NCBI GenBank assembly: GCA_951406725.2
Contig: OX597841.1
Location: forward strand, 19,530,001-19,594,000
Source: Octopus vulgaris
Taxonomy: Eukaryota
Length of the DNA: 64,000 nt
Reading direction: 5' to 3'
Below are positions 1 through 13,851 of this stretch, piece by piece. Made by a program: the position numbers and the translations under genes. Under the pieces are notes generated by a model. The model had not been told where the DNA came from, searched no databases, and saw nothing but the letters and a program-made list of their open reading frames with translations. The stretch's first letter is position 1, and each line of letters starts with the position of its first letter.

Positions 1-356
1 CAACAGAGGGTTAAAACCATCGAAGAACTGACAAATGCTGGGCTCCTACAATCTCTCGTGACAATTCTCTCAAGACAACTTTAGAAAGATACCACTTCAA
101 ATGCTAAAACGCCAGCACTTATCAAAGGAAACAGACTTTGCAACATTACACTCTGTCAACACTGAAACAACACAGAGTTAAAATCATTTAAGAAGTGACG
201 AATGCTGGGTTTCTACAATCTCTGGTGGCAATTCTTTTAAGACTACTTCAGAAAGAGAGAGAGAGAGGAGAGAAAGACCACCCTCAATGCTAAAATCCCT
301 GCACTTATCAAAGAAACAGACCCTGTAACTCTACATCGTTTCTGACACTAAAACAC
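1..356. repeat. Two diverged tandem copies of a ~170-bp unit (1-168, 169-356), possibly continuing left of the window
   Basis: Shared blocks AATGCTGGG..CTACAATCTCT..CAATTCT..AAGAC and AATGCTAAAA..GCACTTATCAAAG..AAACAGAC in both copies; the second copy has a (GA)n insertion. Confidence 0.75.
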
Positions 357-687
357 ACAACAAAAGCCATTAGCTGTTAATGGTTGTTATAGTGTGATAC
401 TGTTTCACTGTCAAGGATGTGATTATGTTTTCTGAAACCCTGGGAATATTTTCTAGTGAGCTTCATTAGTATGAGGAAAGAGTCACAAGTTCAAACAAGT
501 AACCTTTATAAGATTTACAAAAGATGTTATATAAACACAGCCAAAATATAACAACCAAAGCAAAAATACTCTTAGATAGGTCTTAACAGCTGTTTCAAAA
601 ATTTAACAACTGCTTGAAGTGAAAAAGTGTGTTATGTAAATGGTTATGTATTCTGATGTATGCATGAAGTAGAAAAAAATTATGAAC

Positions 688-719
688 AGGCATACATATA
701 TATATATATATATATATAA

Positions 720-750
<31 letters not shown>

Positions 751-915
751 CATATATATACACATATATATATACATATATATATATACATACATATATA
801 TAAGCATACATATATATACAAACATATATATATACATACATATATATATATACATACATATATATATAAATACATATATATGTATATACATATATATAAA
901 CATACATATGTATAT
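688..915. repeat. Compound (TA)n/(CA)n/(TACA)n microsatellite
   Basis: Seen directly; explains the Y/I/H/T-rich ORFs at 595-930. Confidence 0.95.
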
Positions 916-1010
916 CACGTGATCACGTGACCGACCAGACCATCAGACGCTGCTACACATCGCTAGTCACAATGCGTTCGCATTGTTTTAGCCTTTGAAT
1001 GACGCCACCC
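916..1010 (-). mobile_element. 3' portion of tRNA-derived SINE family C
   Basis: Reverse complement matches the tail of the copy at 48050-48300 (GCATTGTGA..AGCGATGTGTA.CA.C.TCTGAT). Confidence 0.65.
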
Positions 1011-1113
1011 ACACGGAGCCCATTATCGCCACCCACACAGAGCCCACTATCGCTATGGGCTCCGTGTGGGCAGTCATCTAAAAGTTTTTGTGCATCTTGA
1101 TGCTGACATAAGT

Positions 1114-1210
1114 TCCTTGTTTTTCCTGATGAGAAGGCGGCATAATGCACCCCTTATTCCTTCGAAATTAGGAATGCAGCCTTCGAAACATATGTCAAAA
1201 ATAAAGGAAT
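1114..1210 (+). ncRNA. Type-I minimal hammerhead ribozyme motif (Penelope-like element end)
   Basis: CTGATGA at 1126-1132; stem II GAAGGCGGCAT/ATGCAGCCTTC; GAAA at 1185; palindromic stem III ACATATGT; GTC cleavage triplet ending at 1196; stem I TTTTT/AAAAA with one mismatch next to the core. Confidence 0.7.
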
Positions 1211-1249
1211 TTTGTTAATTCGTTGTTCAACTCCATTCTTTCATTTCTT

Positions 1250-1304
<55 letters not shown>

Positions 1305-1330
1305 ATAGATGTATATATATATGTATATAT

Positions 1331-1940
1331 AGGGTGCGGTGAATAAACTGTCATCTAAATTATGCAAAAATGTATATAACACAGACATCTCATTTTAACG
1401 GATATATTTACCAAAATTACGTAAAAATATCTTGAAATACTAAAGAGTAACTTTTAATCACCATGAGCTTCAACTACAGCCTCCAGATAACTTCAAAATC
1501 TCCTGCAACTCTTCTGGGTGGTCTCCTTGTTTAAGTTGGTGAATGCTGCCGTAATCCTTACCTTCAGTTCATTTTTGGTGTTACAAGTTTTGTTGGTCTC
1601 TCACTCAACTTTGCCCTGCACACAATAATCAAGATAATCAAGGGGATTACACTCTGGGGAGTTAGGTGACCAGATGTTAGGGGTGATGTGGTCACAGAAA
1701 TTGTCTGACAGCCATGACTGGGTTCTCCTGCTTGTGTGGCGTGGTGCAGAATCCTGTTGCCAGACATGGGGTCTTCCAGCAGCCATCCTGTTGACCCAGG
1801 ACAGCACTACCTTTTCCAGGCACTTGATGTAGGCCTCCATGTTGAGTTTGGGGCTTTGTGGGAAGATGAGTGGAGGCATCACCGTCACTAGTGATCACTC
1901 CAAACACCATGATGTTGACCGGATGTTTGACTTTTCATCC
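1331..1940 (-). mobile_element. Decayed Tc1/mariner DD37D (maT-type) transposon, 3' half with right terminal inverted repeat (TIR)
   Basis: Frameshifted MVFGVITSDG.. / ..VWQQDSAPRHTS..WSPNSPECNPLDY with 37 residues between the 2nd and 3rd Asp; TIR AGGGTGCGGTGAATAAACTGTCA next to (TA)n; same family as 56353-57214. Confidence 0.88.
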
Positions 1941-2007
1941 CTCTCAGTCCATGTCCTCAGATTGCTAAAAGAAAACCACAGTAACAACAAAAATTCCGTC
2001 TACTTAC

Positions 2008-2173
2008 GGGTATTGACGAATCCAGCCCAGGTTCTTCATCACAATGGGGTCATTGATTTTGGAGTGGTGATGTGAGCAGGGGTCAGTTTCGATACCAAGC
2101 GACCCAGAGTCGATGTGGAGATGTTCATGACACAACGTCCTTCCAAGAGCTTCTGGCTTGATGTGACCTAGGA
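2008..2173 (-). CDS. PTER: Phosphotriesterase-related protein, coding exon 2 (166 bp, phase 1 to phase 2); later exons lie beyond position 1
   Basis: Encodes (V)LGHIKPEALGRTLCHEHLHIDSGSLGIETDPCSHHHSKINDPIVMKNLGWIRQYP, matching the PTER N-terminal pattern VLG..P..LGRTL.HEHL...PIVMKNL.WI; acceptor cctcag|TC at 2175-2174, donor CC|gtaagt at 2007. Confidence 0.92.
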
Positions 2174-2529
2174 CTGAGGGTTTGTAGTGTTGGTTGTGGT
2201 GGTGATGATAGTGGTGGTGGCGGTGGAGGTAGAGGTGATGGTGGTGATGGTAGTTAGTAGTGTTTGTGTTGGTAGTTAAGAGCAATAGAGAGAGAGAGAG
2301 AGAGAGAAGCAAAAAAAAAAGAATACACAGTATTAGTCAATATCAACAAACATCACGAGGAGAGAAATCTTTTAATAAATGTGGTTTAAACTGAGAAAAT
2401 GGTGGAAGAGAAAAGAGAGAGAGAGAGAAGAAAGACAGATAAATAGAGAGAGAGATAAAGAGGGGGGAGAAAAAGAGAGAGAGAAATGCAGAAGGCAGTG
2501 AATAGAAAGATTGTGTGTGTGAGTATGTG

Positions 2530-2571
<42 letters not shown>

Positions 2572-2699
2572 TATAGTGGGGTCGGCCGGTTTATGGGGTT
2601 ACCTTGGGTTTCTCGCTCATAAGGGGTTTAGCCTTACAGTGTATCTTCAGACCCCAAATACTGCTGGCTTGAGACCTCTCTAAAATACTAATAATAAAC

Positions 2700-2870
2700 C
2701 TTTCTACTATAGGCACCAAAACTTTGCGGGAGGAGACTAGTCAATTACATCGACCCTAATATTTCACTGGTACTTAATTTATTGACCCCGAAAGGATGAA
2801 AGACAAAGTCAACCTCAGTGGAATTTACTTTCAGAATGCTAACGATTCTGCCAGTTTGCTGCCTTACCAA
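2700..2870 (-). mobile_element. tRNA-derived SINE family B (Nin-like core GCCTTTCATCCTTTCGGGGTCGATAAATTAAGTACC)
   Basis: Reverse complement of the core seen in many copies in this window. Confidence 0.75.
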
Positions 2871-2886
2871 TAATAATAAAAATAAG

Positions 2887-3112
2887 TAGGAATGGCTGTG
2901 TGGTATGTAGCTTGCTTACCAGCCACATGGTTCCGGGTTCAGTCCCACTGCACAGCACCTTGGACAAGTGTCTTCTATTATAGCCTCGGGCCAACCAAAG
3001 CCTTGTGAGTGGATTTGGTTGACGGAAACTGAAAGAAGCCCGTTGTATATATGTATATGTATATATATATGTGTGTGTGTTTGTATGTCTGTGTTTGTCC
3101 CTCCAACATTGC
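2887..3112 (+). mobile_element. tRNA-derived SINE family A, 5' part
   Basis: A-box-like TGGCTGTGTGGT, B-box-like GGTTCAGTCCC, CORE-like CACCTTGG.CAAG and an internal (TA/TG)n tract. Confidence 0.85.
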
Positions 3113-3759
3113 AGCGTTCAAATTTCTTTGTCAAATATAATTCTTATTTTTTGATTGATTGATTGATTCTAGTTTCAGCTCATGAGCTGTGGCCATGCTG
3201 GGGCACCGCCATTATTCACTTTGTTTTGAATTAATCATCCATTATCTTGCAGCTTCGAAATTTTGATGTTGTGACCATTTATTTTTAGAATGACATTGTA
3301 GGGCAGAAATGAGAGCCCAGATCTGGCCAGTTTAAACATAAAACTGACAGAATATTAGGGCTGGATAAGGGCCGGTTTAAATGTAAAAGGGTTAATTATC
3401 TGTTTAGAATGTCTCTAAAAACCCGGAAATCCAGAAATCTGGCTTAATTACAGTCCCAAACTTACCAAATAGTCAGTCTAGTACGATATAATAAGACTGA
3501 CAGCAGTTTGTAACATGATGAGAGAGCTTGTTTCCCCTATGTAATTAGTCTAATTGTAATTACTTAATTGAATTACATCGTCTCATTAAAATATGTCAAT
3601 ATTCTCTCAACATCTGAGATAAGTCTGAGAGGACTCAATTCTGAAAGAATAGCTTAAGTTGTAAGAAAGGCGAGATGTTTATGTTGAAATTTATAGATTG
3701 ACAACAACGTGAAACCAGAAATACTGCTTCATGTAGTGAAACATGTAGGAAAAGGAAGG

Positions 3760-3762
3760 GGG

Positions 3763-3794
<32 letters not shown>

Positions 3795-4038
3795 GAAAGA
3801 AGAAGAAGAAGAAGAAGAAGAGGAAGAAAAAGAAGAAGAAGACGAGGAAGAAGGAGAAGAAGAAGGAGAAGAAGAAGAAGAAGAAGAAGGAGAAGGAGAA
3901 GAAGAAGAAAAAAGAAGAACATGAAGAAGACGAAGAAGAAGGAGGAGGAGGAGGTGGAGGAGGCAGAGGAGGAGGCAGAGAAGGAGAAGAAAAAAGAAGA
4001 AAAAGAAGAAGGAGAAGAAAAGAAGAAGAAGAAGAAGA
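3760..4038. repeat. Polypurine (GA)n/(GAA)n/(GGA)n tract
   Basis: Seen directly; source of the poly-E and poly-L ORFs. Confidence 0.95.
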
Positions 4039-4606
4039 AATTTAACCTTTGTTAAAATTCGATATCATTGAGATAGATGATTGTTGAACAAAAATAGTAG
4101 CCAAAAGAAAAGAATAACTGCATGGGTCAGTGTTTGGCAACCTATTTTATGCCCCCTGCCCCACGGTCACTTTCCAGAAAAATGCATGCTCCACCAATGG
4201 TTGCAAAAAATAAATAAATAAATAAATAAAACTTTAATTTTAGTATTTTATCCCATTTATTTAATACAAAAGAATCTACTGTTAACTTCTTTTTTATTAA
4301 GTACTGAGTACAAAAAAAGATGAAAATTACATTCATTTTATTTCCCCCAGAAATAAATAATAAAGATGTTATAAGCATTTAAAGGTGGGTAATTTAGCCT
4401 ATCAGAAGCCTCCATTGCCAACAGAGCAGGCAATTTTATCCTGACAACTTCAGTTTACCATTGCTTATCCTTGTTTTCTTTCATTCAATTCCTTTTAAAA
4501 AAACATTTTGGTCAAGTGTTTTCTGCTATAGACTGGAGCCAACCAAAGCCTTGTCAGTGGATTTGATAAACAGAAACTGAAAGAAGCCCATTGTATGTAT
4601 GTGTGT

Positions 4607-4648
<42 letters not shown>

Positions 4649-4659
4649 ATATATATGTA

Positions 4660-4960
4660 TAATGGGAAGGTTTAAGAAAATAAACAAAAGACGAAGGCAG
4701 GTGGAGTACAAACAAACAACTGTATTAGTATGGCGCTCAGGAATAGAAATAAAACAAGTCTTTTACGTTTCGAGCCTACGCTCTTCGACAGAAAGATACA
4801 CAGAAAAGAAACAAGGAGAGAAACAAGGAGAGAAAAAAAATGCGTGTAGGAGCTAACGATCTATCATGGCGTCCTGACTCGGACAGTGGTCAGGGGAGAT
4901 AACAGGGTCAAGTGACTTCCAAAACGGAGGTGCTCCCAACACAAAGGTGCATGTGTGTAT
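4660..4960 (-). mobile_element. Penelope-type terminal repeat fragment with a variant hammerhead at 4759-4796
   Basis: Minus strand TCTTT-CTGTCGA-AGAGCgtagGCTC-GAAA-CG-TA-AAAGA: stems I and II and palindromic stem III are present, but the core is CTGTCGA instead of CTGANGA. Confidence 0.55.
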
Positions 4961-6119
4961 AAGAGAGTATGTATGTGCATGTGAAAGAGGGCTGGTGGTC
5001 TGGACGTGTGTGTGTATGTATGTGTGGGTGTGGAGATGTGGGGATGGGTGTGTGGGTGGTGTGTTGTGATGCGATATGTGTATGTATGTGTAGGTGTAAA
5101 GATGTGGGGATGGGTGTATATATATATATGTATATGTATATTTATGTGTGTGTGTCTTTGTGTCTATCTTTGTTCCCCCACCATCACTTGATGACCGATG
5201 TTGGTGTGTTTACATCCCAGTAACTTAGCAGTTTGGCAAAAGAGGCTGATAAAATAACTACCGGGCTTACAAAGAATAAGTCCTGAGGTTGATTTCTTTG
5301 ATGAAAACCCTTTAAAGTAGTGCTCCAGCATGGCCACAGTCAAATGACTGAAACAAGTAAAAGAGTAAAAAGAATGTGGGTAAACAATAATAAACTAGAG
5401 TTGTGAGTGGATTTATTAAATGGAAACTGAAAGAAGCCCATCATATATATCTAGGTGTATGTACCTTTGTATCTGTGTTTGTCTCCCCACTGCTTGACAA
5501 CTGGTGTTGGTTTGTTTACATCCACTGTAACTTGGCAGTTTAGCAAAAGGAGGCTGATAGAATAACCAGCTTAAAAAAAGTTAAAAGAGATTCTTACCAC
5601 ACAGGTTTGGTTGTGTGGTAAGAAGCTTGCTTTCCAACCACATGGTCCTGGGTTCAGTCCCATTGTGTGGTATCTTCAGCAAGTGTCTTCTACAGGAGCC
5701 AGCCTCAGGCCAACCAAAGCCTCGAGAGTGGATTTGGGAGATGGAAACTGAAAGAAGCCTGTCAAACAAGGAAAAGGTAAAATGGATCAATTCATTCAAC
5801 TAAAAGTTCATCAAGGCAGTGCCCCAGCATGGCCACAGTCTAAAAGACAGAAGATAATGCTTTGACACCGTGAGCAAATGTCACATTATTTTCTATGCCT
5901 GGATAAGTGGACATTGGAAACAAAGATGATGAAACTAGGAGGCTTTTCCGCGTCTGAGGATACAAGAGCGTGTAAACGGTTTTGTTTATGAATTATTTTT
6001 CTGTAGGTGCTTAAAACAAATTCATCTTTTTTGAATGTTCTGAATCACTGAATTCAAAGTAAAAAGCAAAAAAAATTTGAAAAAGAGGAAGGATAAAAAA
6101 ATGCTAAAACAATATGAAT

Positions 6120-6500
6120 AGGTGTGGGAGTGGCTGTGTGGTAAGTAGCTTGCTTACCAGCCACATGGTTCCGGGTTCAGTCCCACTGTGTGGCACCTTG
6201 GGCAAGTGTCTTCGACTATAGTCTCAGGCCGAACAAAGACTTGTGAGTGGATTTGGTAGACGGAAACTGAAAAGAAGCCCAGCATATGTATGTATATGTA
6301 TATATATGTGTGTGTTTGTCCCCCCCAACATCGCTTGACAACCGACACTGGTGTGTTTACGCCCCCATAACTTAGCTGTTTGGCAAAAGAGACCAATAAA
6401 ATAAGTACCAGACTTAGAAAGAATATGGGGTCGATTTGCTCAACTAAAGGCGATACTCCAGCATGGCCACAGTCTAATGACTGAAACAAGTAAAAGATGA
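6120..6500 (+). mobile_element. Near full-length SINE family A
   Basis: tRNA-like head through the 3' tail CCAGCATGGCCACAGTC..ATGACTGAAACAAGTAAAAG. Confidence 0.9.
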
Positions 6501-6649
6501 ACAATAAAAAATATACATTGACAGCAAGATTTTCAATGCAGGTCATTTAAACCCTTTTAGCATTTAAACAGGCCCTCACTTAGCCCAAATACTCACCCTG
6601 TTTTATGTTTAGATTTAGCCCTACACTACAATGTCATTCTAAAAACAGT

Positions 6650-7284
6650 CTTGTATGATGCCTGTGTGCCGACATCTATGCCACATGGCAGTGAGACATG
6701 GATTGTGACTAATGAGGAAGACTGGAAAGAAATGAAGCCAGTGTGCTTTGCTGGATGGATAATGTCAGGGTGTGAGTGATTTGGGAGATTAACTGGGTGT
6801 ATAGGGCATGAGATGCAGTTTGCAAGGAGGGAGAAGACTTAGGACAGGTGTATCAAGTGGTACCAATCTCTAACTGCAGAGGGAACATGTGGAAGGGATA
6901 GACCGAGAAAGATGTGGGATGAAGTGGTGAGAAAGGATCTACAGATGTTGGGACTCATAGAGGGGATGACAGGGGACCGAGACCCCTGGGGGTTTGCTGT
7001 GCTTGAAAAGACACACTAAGCTAAGTAAAAGTATGGTTGCCCTTGCAACACTCTCCAGCTGGACATCCTTAATCTTGTGGGCTTGTAAGTGTTGGTGCCA
7101 CGTAAAAAGCACCCTTGTCGGTCCTGCAGAAAAGCAACTAGTATACTCTGTGGAGTGAGTGGTGTTACGAAGGACATCTAGCTGTAGAAACCAAGCCAAA
7201 ACAGATATGGAGCCTGAACAGCCCTTCAGCAGTCAAACTCTCCAACCCATACCAGCATGGAAAACGGACGTTAAATGATGATGA
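6650..7284 (+). mobile_element. Decayed 5'-truncated RTE-clade LINE
   Basis: Remnants LYDACV..HGSETW..LERNEAS..RPRKMWDEVV; ends GGACGTTAAATGATGATG like the copy ending at 55597. Confidence 0.8.
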
Positions 7285-8293
7285 AATACAATATGAGTTT
7301 TTTTAAAACTTGGGTTCCAGAAAAGTAAAATAGGAACGAAGGGCTCTATAGACAAAAAGGAAATGGTTGAGAACCATTGACCAAACACAGTCGTGGATAG
7401 ACAGTGACCCACAGGACTTTATGAATGGCACATCATTCTACTTTTTCGTAGGGTGACTCAGTTGATGATGGGCTGTGCCATGTGGCCCTCTTCTTGATAA
7501 TGCGGAAGTGTAGTGAGGGTGACATGGCGATGGGGACAGCCTGTACCCGAGCGACTCTTTTGTAGGGGTAGCACTTTCGTATCTAAGCCAGTTTAATGGG
7601 TGATGGGGTCAGCAGGTTCAAGGGCTGCGCCAGGGTGCCGCACACTCCACCCATGTCAGTGAGCACAGCCTCAGTGCTAGACTCTGAGAAACTAAAGCTA
7701 AGTGAATTTCTTATAGTACTAGTGTTGGTTTGTTTATGTCCCGGTAACTTAGCAGTTTGGCCTAAGATACCGATAAAATAACAGGCTTAAACAAAACGGT
7801 ACTTTGTGGTTATCTCACCCCCATTAAAAAATTGGGTCACTCCCCCCCAGTTTTACGAGAAATATTGCTTAACCCCCAATAAAACAAAACAAAAAAAAAC
7901 GGAAAAAATGAATAAACATAAAAAAATGGAAAAATGAAAGTTTTTGAATCTGAAAATATTTTTATAAATCGTAGAAAACTAAAAAAAATTAATAAACATG
8001 AAAACGGAAAAAATTAAGCAATACTGGACTGTTGCTCGAGGAACTCATAGGTTTAAGGGCTCAATTATGACCTATGCTGTCAATAAATACATAATACAGG
8101 GCCCAGTGTATTGATTTGCCCTGGGATTGGGGAGGGGGAATTTAATGCTTTTAAGATTTCATCCTTTCGGGAAGGTGATTGGTGAAATTGTTTGCGCATA
8201 GAGGGGCATGTCTTATGGTATCTGTTCCAGTAGTCTACGTTTCAGGTTCAAATTCCACCTCCTCGTGACAGGAAAACCAGTTCTTCGGAAGCC

Positions 8294-9040
8294 GGTTAAC
8301 GGGGTTAGGACTCAAAAAACAAAAAAAAAACAAAAAACAACAGAGATAGTCGTCGCGAGGGCAGAAAAATCTACATCAGTGGAAACTGGTGATTGCGCTG
8401 CCCAAATCCACATTGGAAGTCAACCTATGGGATATCAAACGTGTTCCTGGTAAAATCCAATGTCTGATAATGGGTATTTTGCACGTGCGATCGGAGACCT
8501 CAATCGATCAGCATTTTTCAATGTCCCTTTCTGCACCCAATGGCCTTTATGCCATCCTCCTCGCTTGTTTTTCTCATGCATATATTTGGAATTGTCTATT
8601 TCTACAGAAATGGCGCTTCCTGCATCATCCAATCCACCTGGTTGCAGAGAACGAGCGACAAAGTACTGCTTAAATACATCTCTCGCTTAACATGCAGCTT
8701 AGCGTCGTAAAAATAGATGTGCAATTATGATAAATGGCTCCAAGCTGTATACTCTCTGAATCACTTCGTCAGAAACGGCCCAATTGTGTAGGGCGGGGTG
8801 GGAACATGCACAAAGTGGCCATCCTATGCGATCTGCACTGGTTGGCCACTTTATATATATATTTACTGTAATCGAAGGTACGTTTAAGAAAAGGAACGGA
8901 CAATTTGGCGACCAGAGAGGCCGGCCAAAGGATTTTGGCCGTCCTCTCTGGTCGCCAAATTGCCCGCCGTCGCAACATCCTGCTCATGAACAGAAGCACA
9001 GTCCCGAAATGTTAGAATGTACTCCGCCTAACCCCACAAC
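8294..9040 (-). mobile_element. Decayed Merlin/IS1016-like (ISXO2-type DDE) transposon fragment
   Basis: Minus-strand translation of 8420-8690: GGLDDAGSAISVEIDNSKYMHEKNKRGGWHKGHWV..EVSDRT..IIRHWILPGTRLISH, matching the Merlin pattern VEIDESK..RK..RG....G.WV.....I.PG..I.SD; inverted GGGGTTAGG (8301) / CCTAACCCC (9027) may be TIR remnants. Confidence 0.72.
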
Positions 9041-9297
9041 ATTACGAATATATTCACTCTGCTTACTAAGTAGAAAATGTTCTTCGTTGGTCCATGCATA
9101 TTTATATACATACACAACACAGTTGAGTGATTTGAGGGAAATTTGTTTACTATTTCTTGTGGCCGCGTAGAGGACTCATTCGTTGGCTCATGCAGGAAAA
9201 CATACACATGCCACCGGATGGTTTGAGGAAGATTTGGTCACTATTTCTATTCGGTCTATTCACCACGAAGCAACTCCGTTACTGACTCATTCGTGCA

Positions 9298-9452
9298 TAC
9301 ATACACACATACATACATACATACATACATACATACATACATACATACATACATACATACACATACATACATACACTCACATACATACATACATACATAC
9401 ACATACATACATACACACACATACATACATACATACACACATACATACATAC
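9298..9452. repeat. (ATAC)n microsatellite
   Basis: Seen directly. Confidence 0.95.
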
Positions 9453-9478
9453 AAGCGTACATACGAACGTACTTACAT

Positions 9479-9670
9479 ATATCCAGATTACAAGCTCAGG
9501 TTTATACCTGTAATTACTAGGGCACTGGGATATGTAACACACTGCCTAAATGCCAATCTTGAGAAATTAGGCTTCTCAAAACCAGAAAGGAGAAAGCTGA
9601 TTCGAAGACTGTAGATCCAATCCATCACTGGAACTGTAAACATCTGTAAAACTTTCCAGAAGTTTATCAT
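9479..9670 (+). mobile_element. C-terminal fragment of a non-LTR retrotransposon with a restriction-like endonuclease (R4/Dong-like)
   Basis: YPDYKLRFIPVITRALGYVTHCLNANLEKLGF..LIRRL*IQSITGTVNICKTF resembles the IP...GALG...L..LG...IQ...GT..I C-terminus of these elements. Confidence 0.55.
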
Positions 9671-9752
9671 ACAAATATATATGAGCATGCTTAGATATGC
9701 AAATATATGCATGAAAATACATACATAAAATGAAACATACAAATCTGCACAT

Positions 9753-12700
9753 ATACATACATACATACATACATACGTACATACATACATACATACATAC
9801 ATACATACGTACATACATACATACATACATACATACATACATACATACATACGTACGTACATGCATACATACATACATACATACATACATACATACATAC
9901 ATACATACGTACGTACATGCATACATACATACATACATACATACATACATACATACATACATACATACATACGTACATACATACATACATACATACATAC
10001 ATACATACATACATACATACATACATACATACATACATACGTACGTACATACATACATACATACATACATACATACATACGTACGTACATACATACATAC
10101 ATACATACATACATACATACATACATACATACATACATACATACATACGTACGTACGTACGTACATACATACATACATACATACATACATACATACATAC
10201 ATACATACATACATACATACATACATACATACATACATACATACATACATACATACGTACGTACATACATACATACATACATACATACATACATACATAC
10301 ATACATACATACATACATACATACATACATACGTACGTACATACATACATACATACATACATACATACATACATACATACATACATACGTACATACATAC
10401 ATACATACATACATACATACATACGTACATACATACATACATACATACATACATACATACATACGTACGTACATACATACATACATACATACATACATAC
10501 ATACATACATACATACATACGTACGTACATACATACATACATACATACATACATACATACATACATACATACATACATACATACATACATACATACATAC
10601 ATACATACATACATACATACATACGTACGTACATGCATACATACATACATACATACATACATACATACATACATACATACATACATACATACATACATAC
10701 GTACGTACATGCATACATACATACATACATACATACATACATACATACATACATACATACATACATACATACGTACGTACATACATACATACATACATAC
10801 ATACATACATACATACATACATACATACATACATACATACATACATACATACGTACATACATACATACATACAGACATACATACGTACATACATACATAC
10901 ATACATACATACATACGTACGTACGTACATACATACATACATACATACATACATACATACATACATACATACATACATACATACATACATACATACATAC
11001 ATACATACATACATACATACATACATACGTACATACATACATACATACATACATACATACATACATACATACATACATACATACATACATACATACATAC
11101 ATACATACATACATACATACATACATACATACATACATACATACATACATACATACATACATACATACATACATACATACATACATACATACATACATAC
11201 ATACATACATACATACATACATACATACATACATACGTACATACATACATACATACATACGTACGTACGTGCATGCATACATACATACATACATACATAC
11301 ATACATACATACATACATACATACATACATACATACATACATACATACATACATACATACATACATACATACATACATACATACATACATACATACATAC
11401 ATACATACATACATACATACATACATACATACATACATACATACATACGTACATACATACATACATACATACATACATACATACATACATACATACATAC
11501 ATACATACATACATACATACATACATACATACATACATACATACATACATACATACATACATACATACATACATACATACATACATACACACAAACATAC
11601 ATACACACACACATACATGCATACATACATACATACATACATACATACATACATACATACATACGTACGTACATGCATACATACATACATACATACATAC
11701 ATACATACGTACGTACATGCATACATACATACATACATACATACATACATACATACATACATACACACATACATACATACATACATACATACATACATAC
11801 ATACATACATACGTACGTACATGCATACATACATACATACATACATACATACATACATACATACGTACGTACATGCATACATACATACATACATACATAC
11901 ATACATACATACATACATACATACATACATACATACGTACGTACATGCATACATACATACATACATACATACATACGTACATACATACATACATACATAC
12001 ATACATACATACATACATACATACATACATACATACATACATACATACATACATACATACATACATACATACATACATACATACATACATACATACACAC
12101 ACACATACATACATACATACATACATACATACATACATACATACATACATACATACATACATACATACATACATACGTACGTACATGCATACATACATAC
12201 ATACATACATACATACATACATACATACATACATACATACATACATACATACATACATACATACATACATACATACATACATACATACATACATACATAC
12301 ATACATACATACATACATACATACATACATACATACACACACACATACATACATACATACATACATACATACATACATACATACATACATACATACATAC
12401 ATACATACCTACCTACCTACATACATACATACATACATACATACATACATACATACATACATACATACATACATACATACATACATACATACATACATAC
12501 ATACATACATACATACATACATACATACATACATACATACATACGTACATACATACATACATACATACATACATACATACATACATACATACATACATAC
12601 ATACGTACGTACATGCATACATACATACATACATACATACATACATACATACATACATACATACATACATACATACGTACATACATACATACATACATAC

Positions 12701-13615
12701 ATACATACATACATACATACATACATACATACATACATACATACATACATACATACATACATACGTACGTACATGCATACATACATACATACATACATAC
12801 ATACATACATACATACATACATACATACATACATACATACATACATACAGACATACATACATACATACATACATACACACATACATACATACATACACAC
12901 ACACATACATACACACACACATACATACATACATACATACATACATACATACATACATACATACATACATACATACATACGTACGTACATGCATACATAC
13001 ATACATACATACATACATACATACATACATACATACATACATACATACATACATACATACATACATACATACATACATACATACATACATACATACATAC
13101 ATACATACATACATACATACATACATACATACATACATACATACATACATACATACATACATACATACATACATACGTACATACATACATACATACATAC
13201 ATACATACATACATACATACATACATACATACATACATACATACATACATACATACATACATACATACATACATACATACATACATACATACATACATAC
13301 ACACACATACATACACACACACATACATACATACATGCATACATACATACATACAGACATACATACATACATACATACATACATACGTACGTACATACAC
13401 ACACACATACATACATACACACACACATACATACATACATACATACATGCATACATACATACATACATACATACACACATACATACATACATACATACGT
13501 ACGTACATGCATACATACATACATACATACATACATACATACATACATACATACATACATACATACATACATACATACATACATACATACATACATACAT
13601 ACATACATACATACA

Positions 13616-13651
<36 letters not shown>

Positions 13652-13819
13652 CATACATACATACACACACATACATACATACACATACATACATGCATAC
13701 ATACATACATACATACATACATACATACATACCTACCTACCTACATACATACATACATACATACATACATACATACATACATACATACATACATACACAT
13801 ACATACATGCATACATACG

Positions 13820-13851
<32 letters not shown>

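Noticed and set aside
2004-2312. His-rich N-terminus of the 102-aa ORF as part of PTER
   Set aside because: That part is intronic microsatellite; similarity starts at the acceptor at 2173 and the real start exon is at 20008
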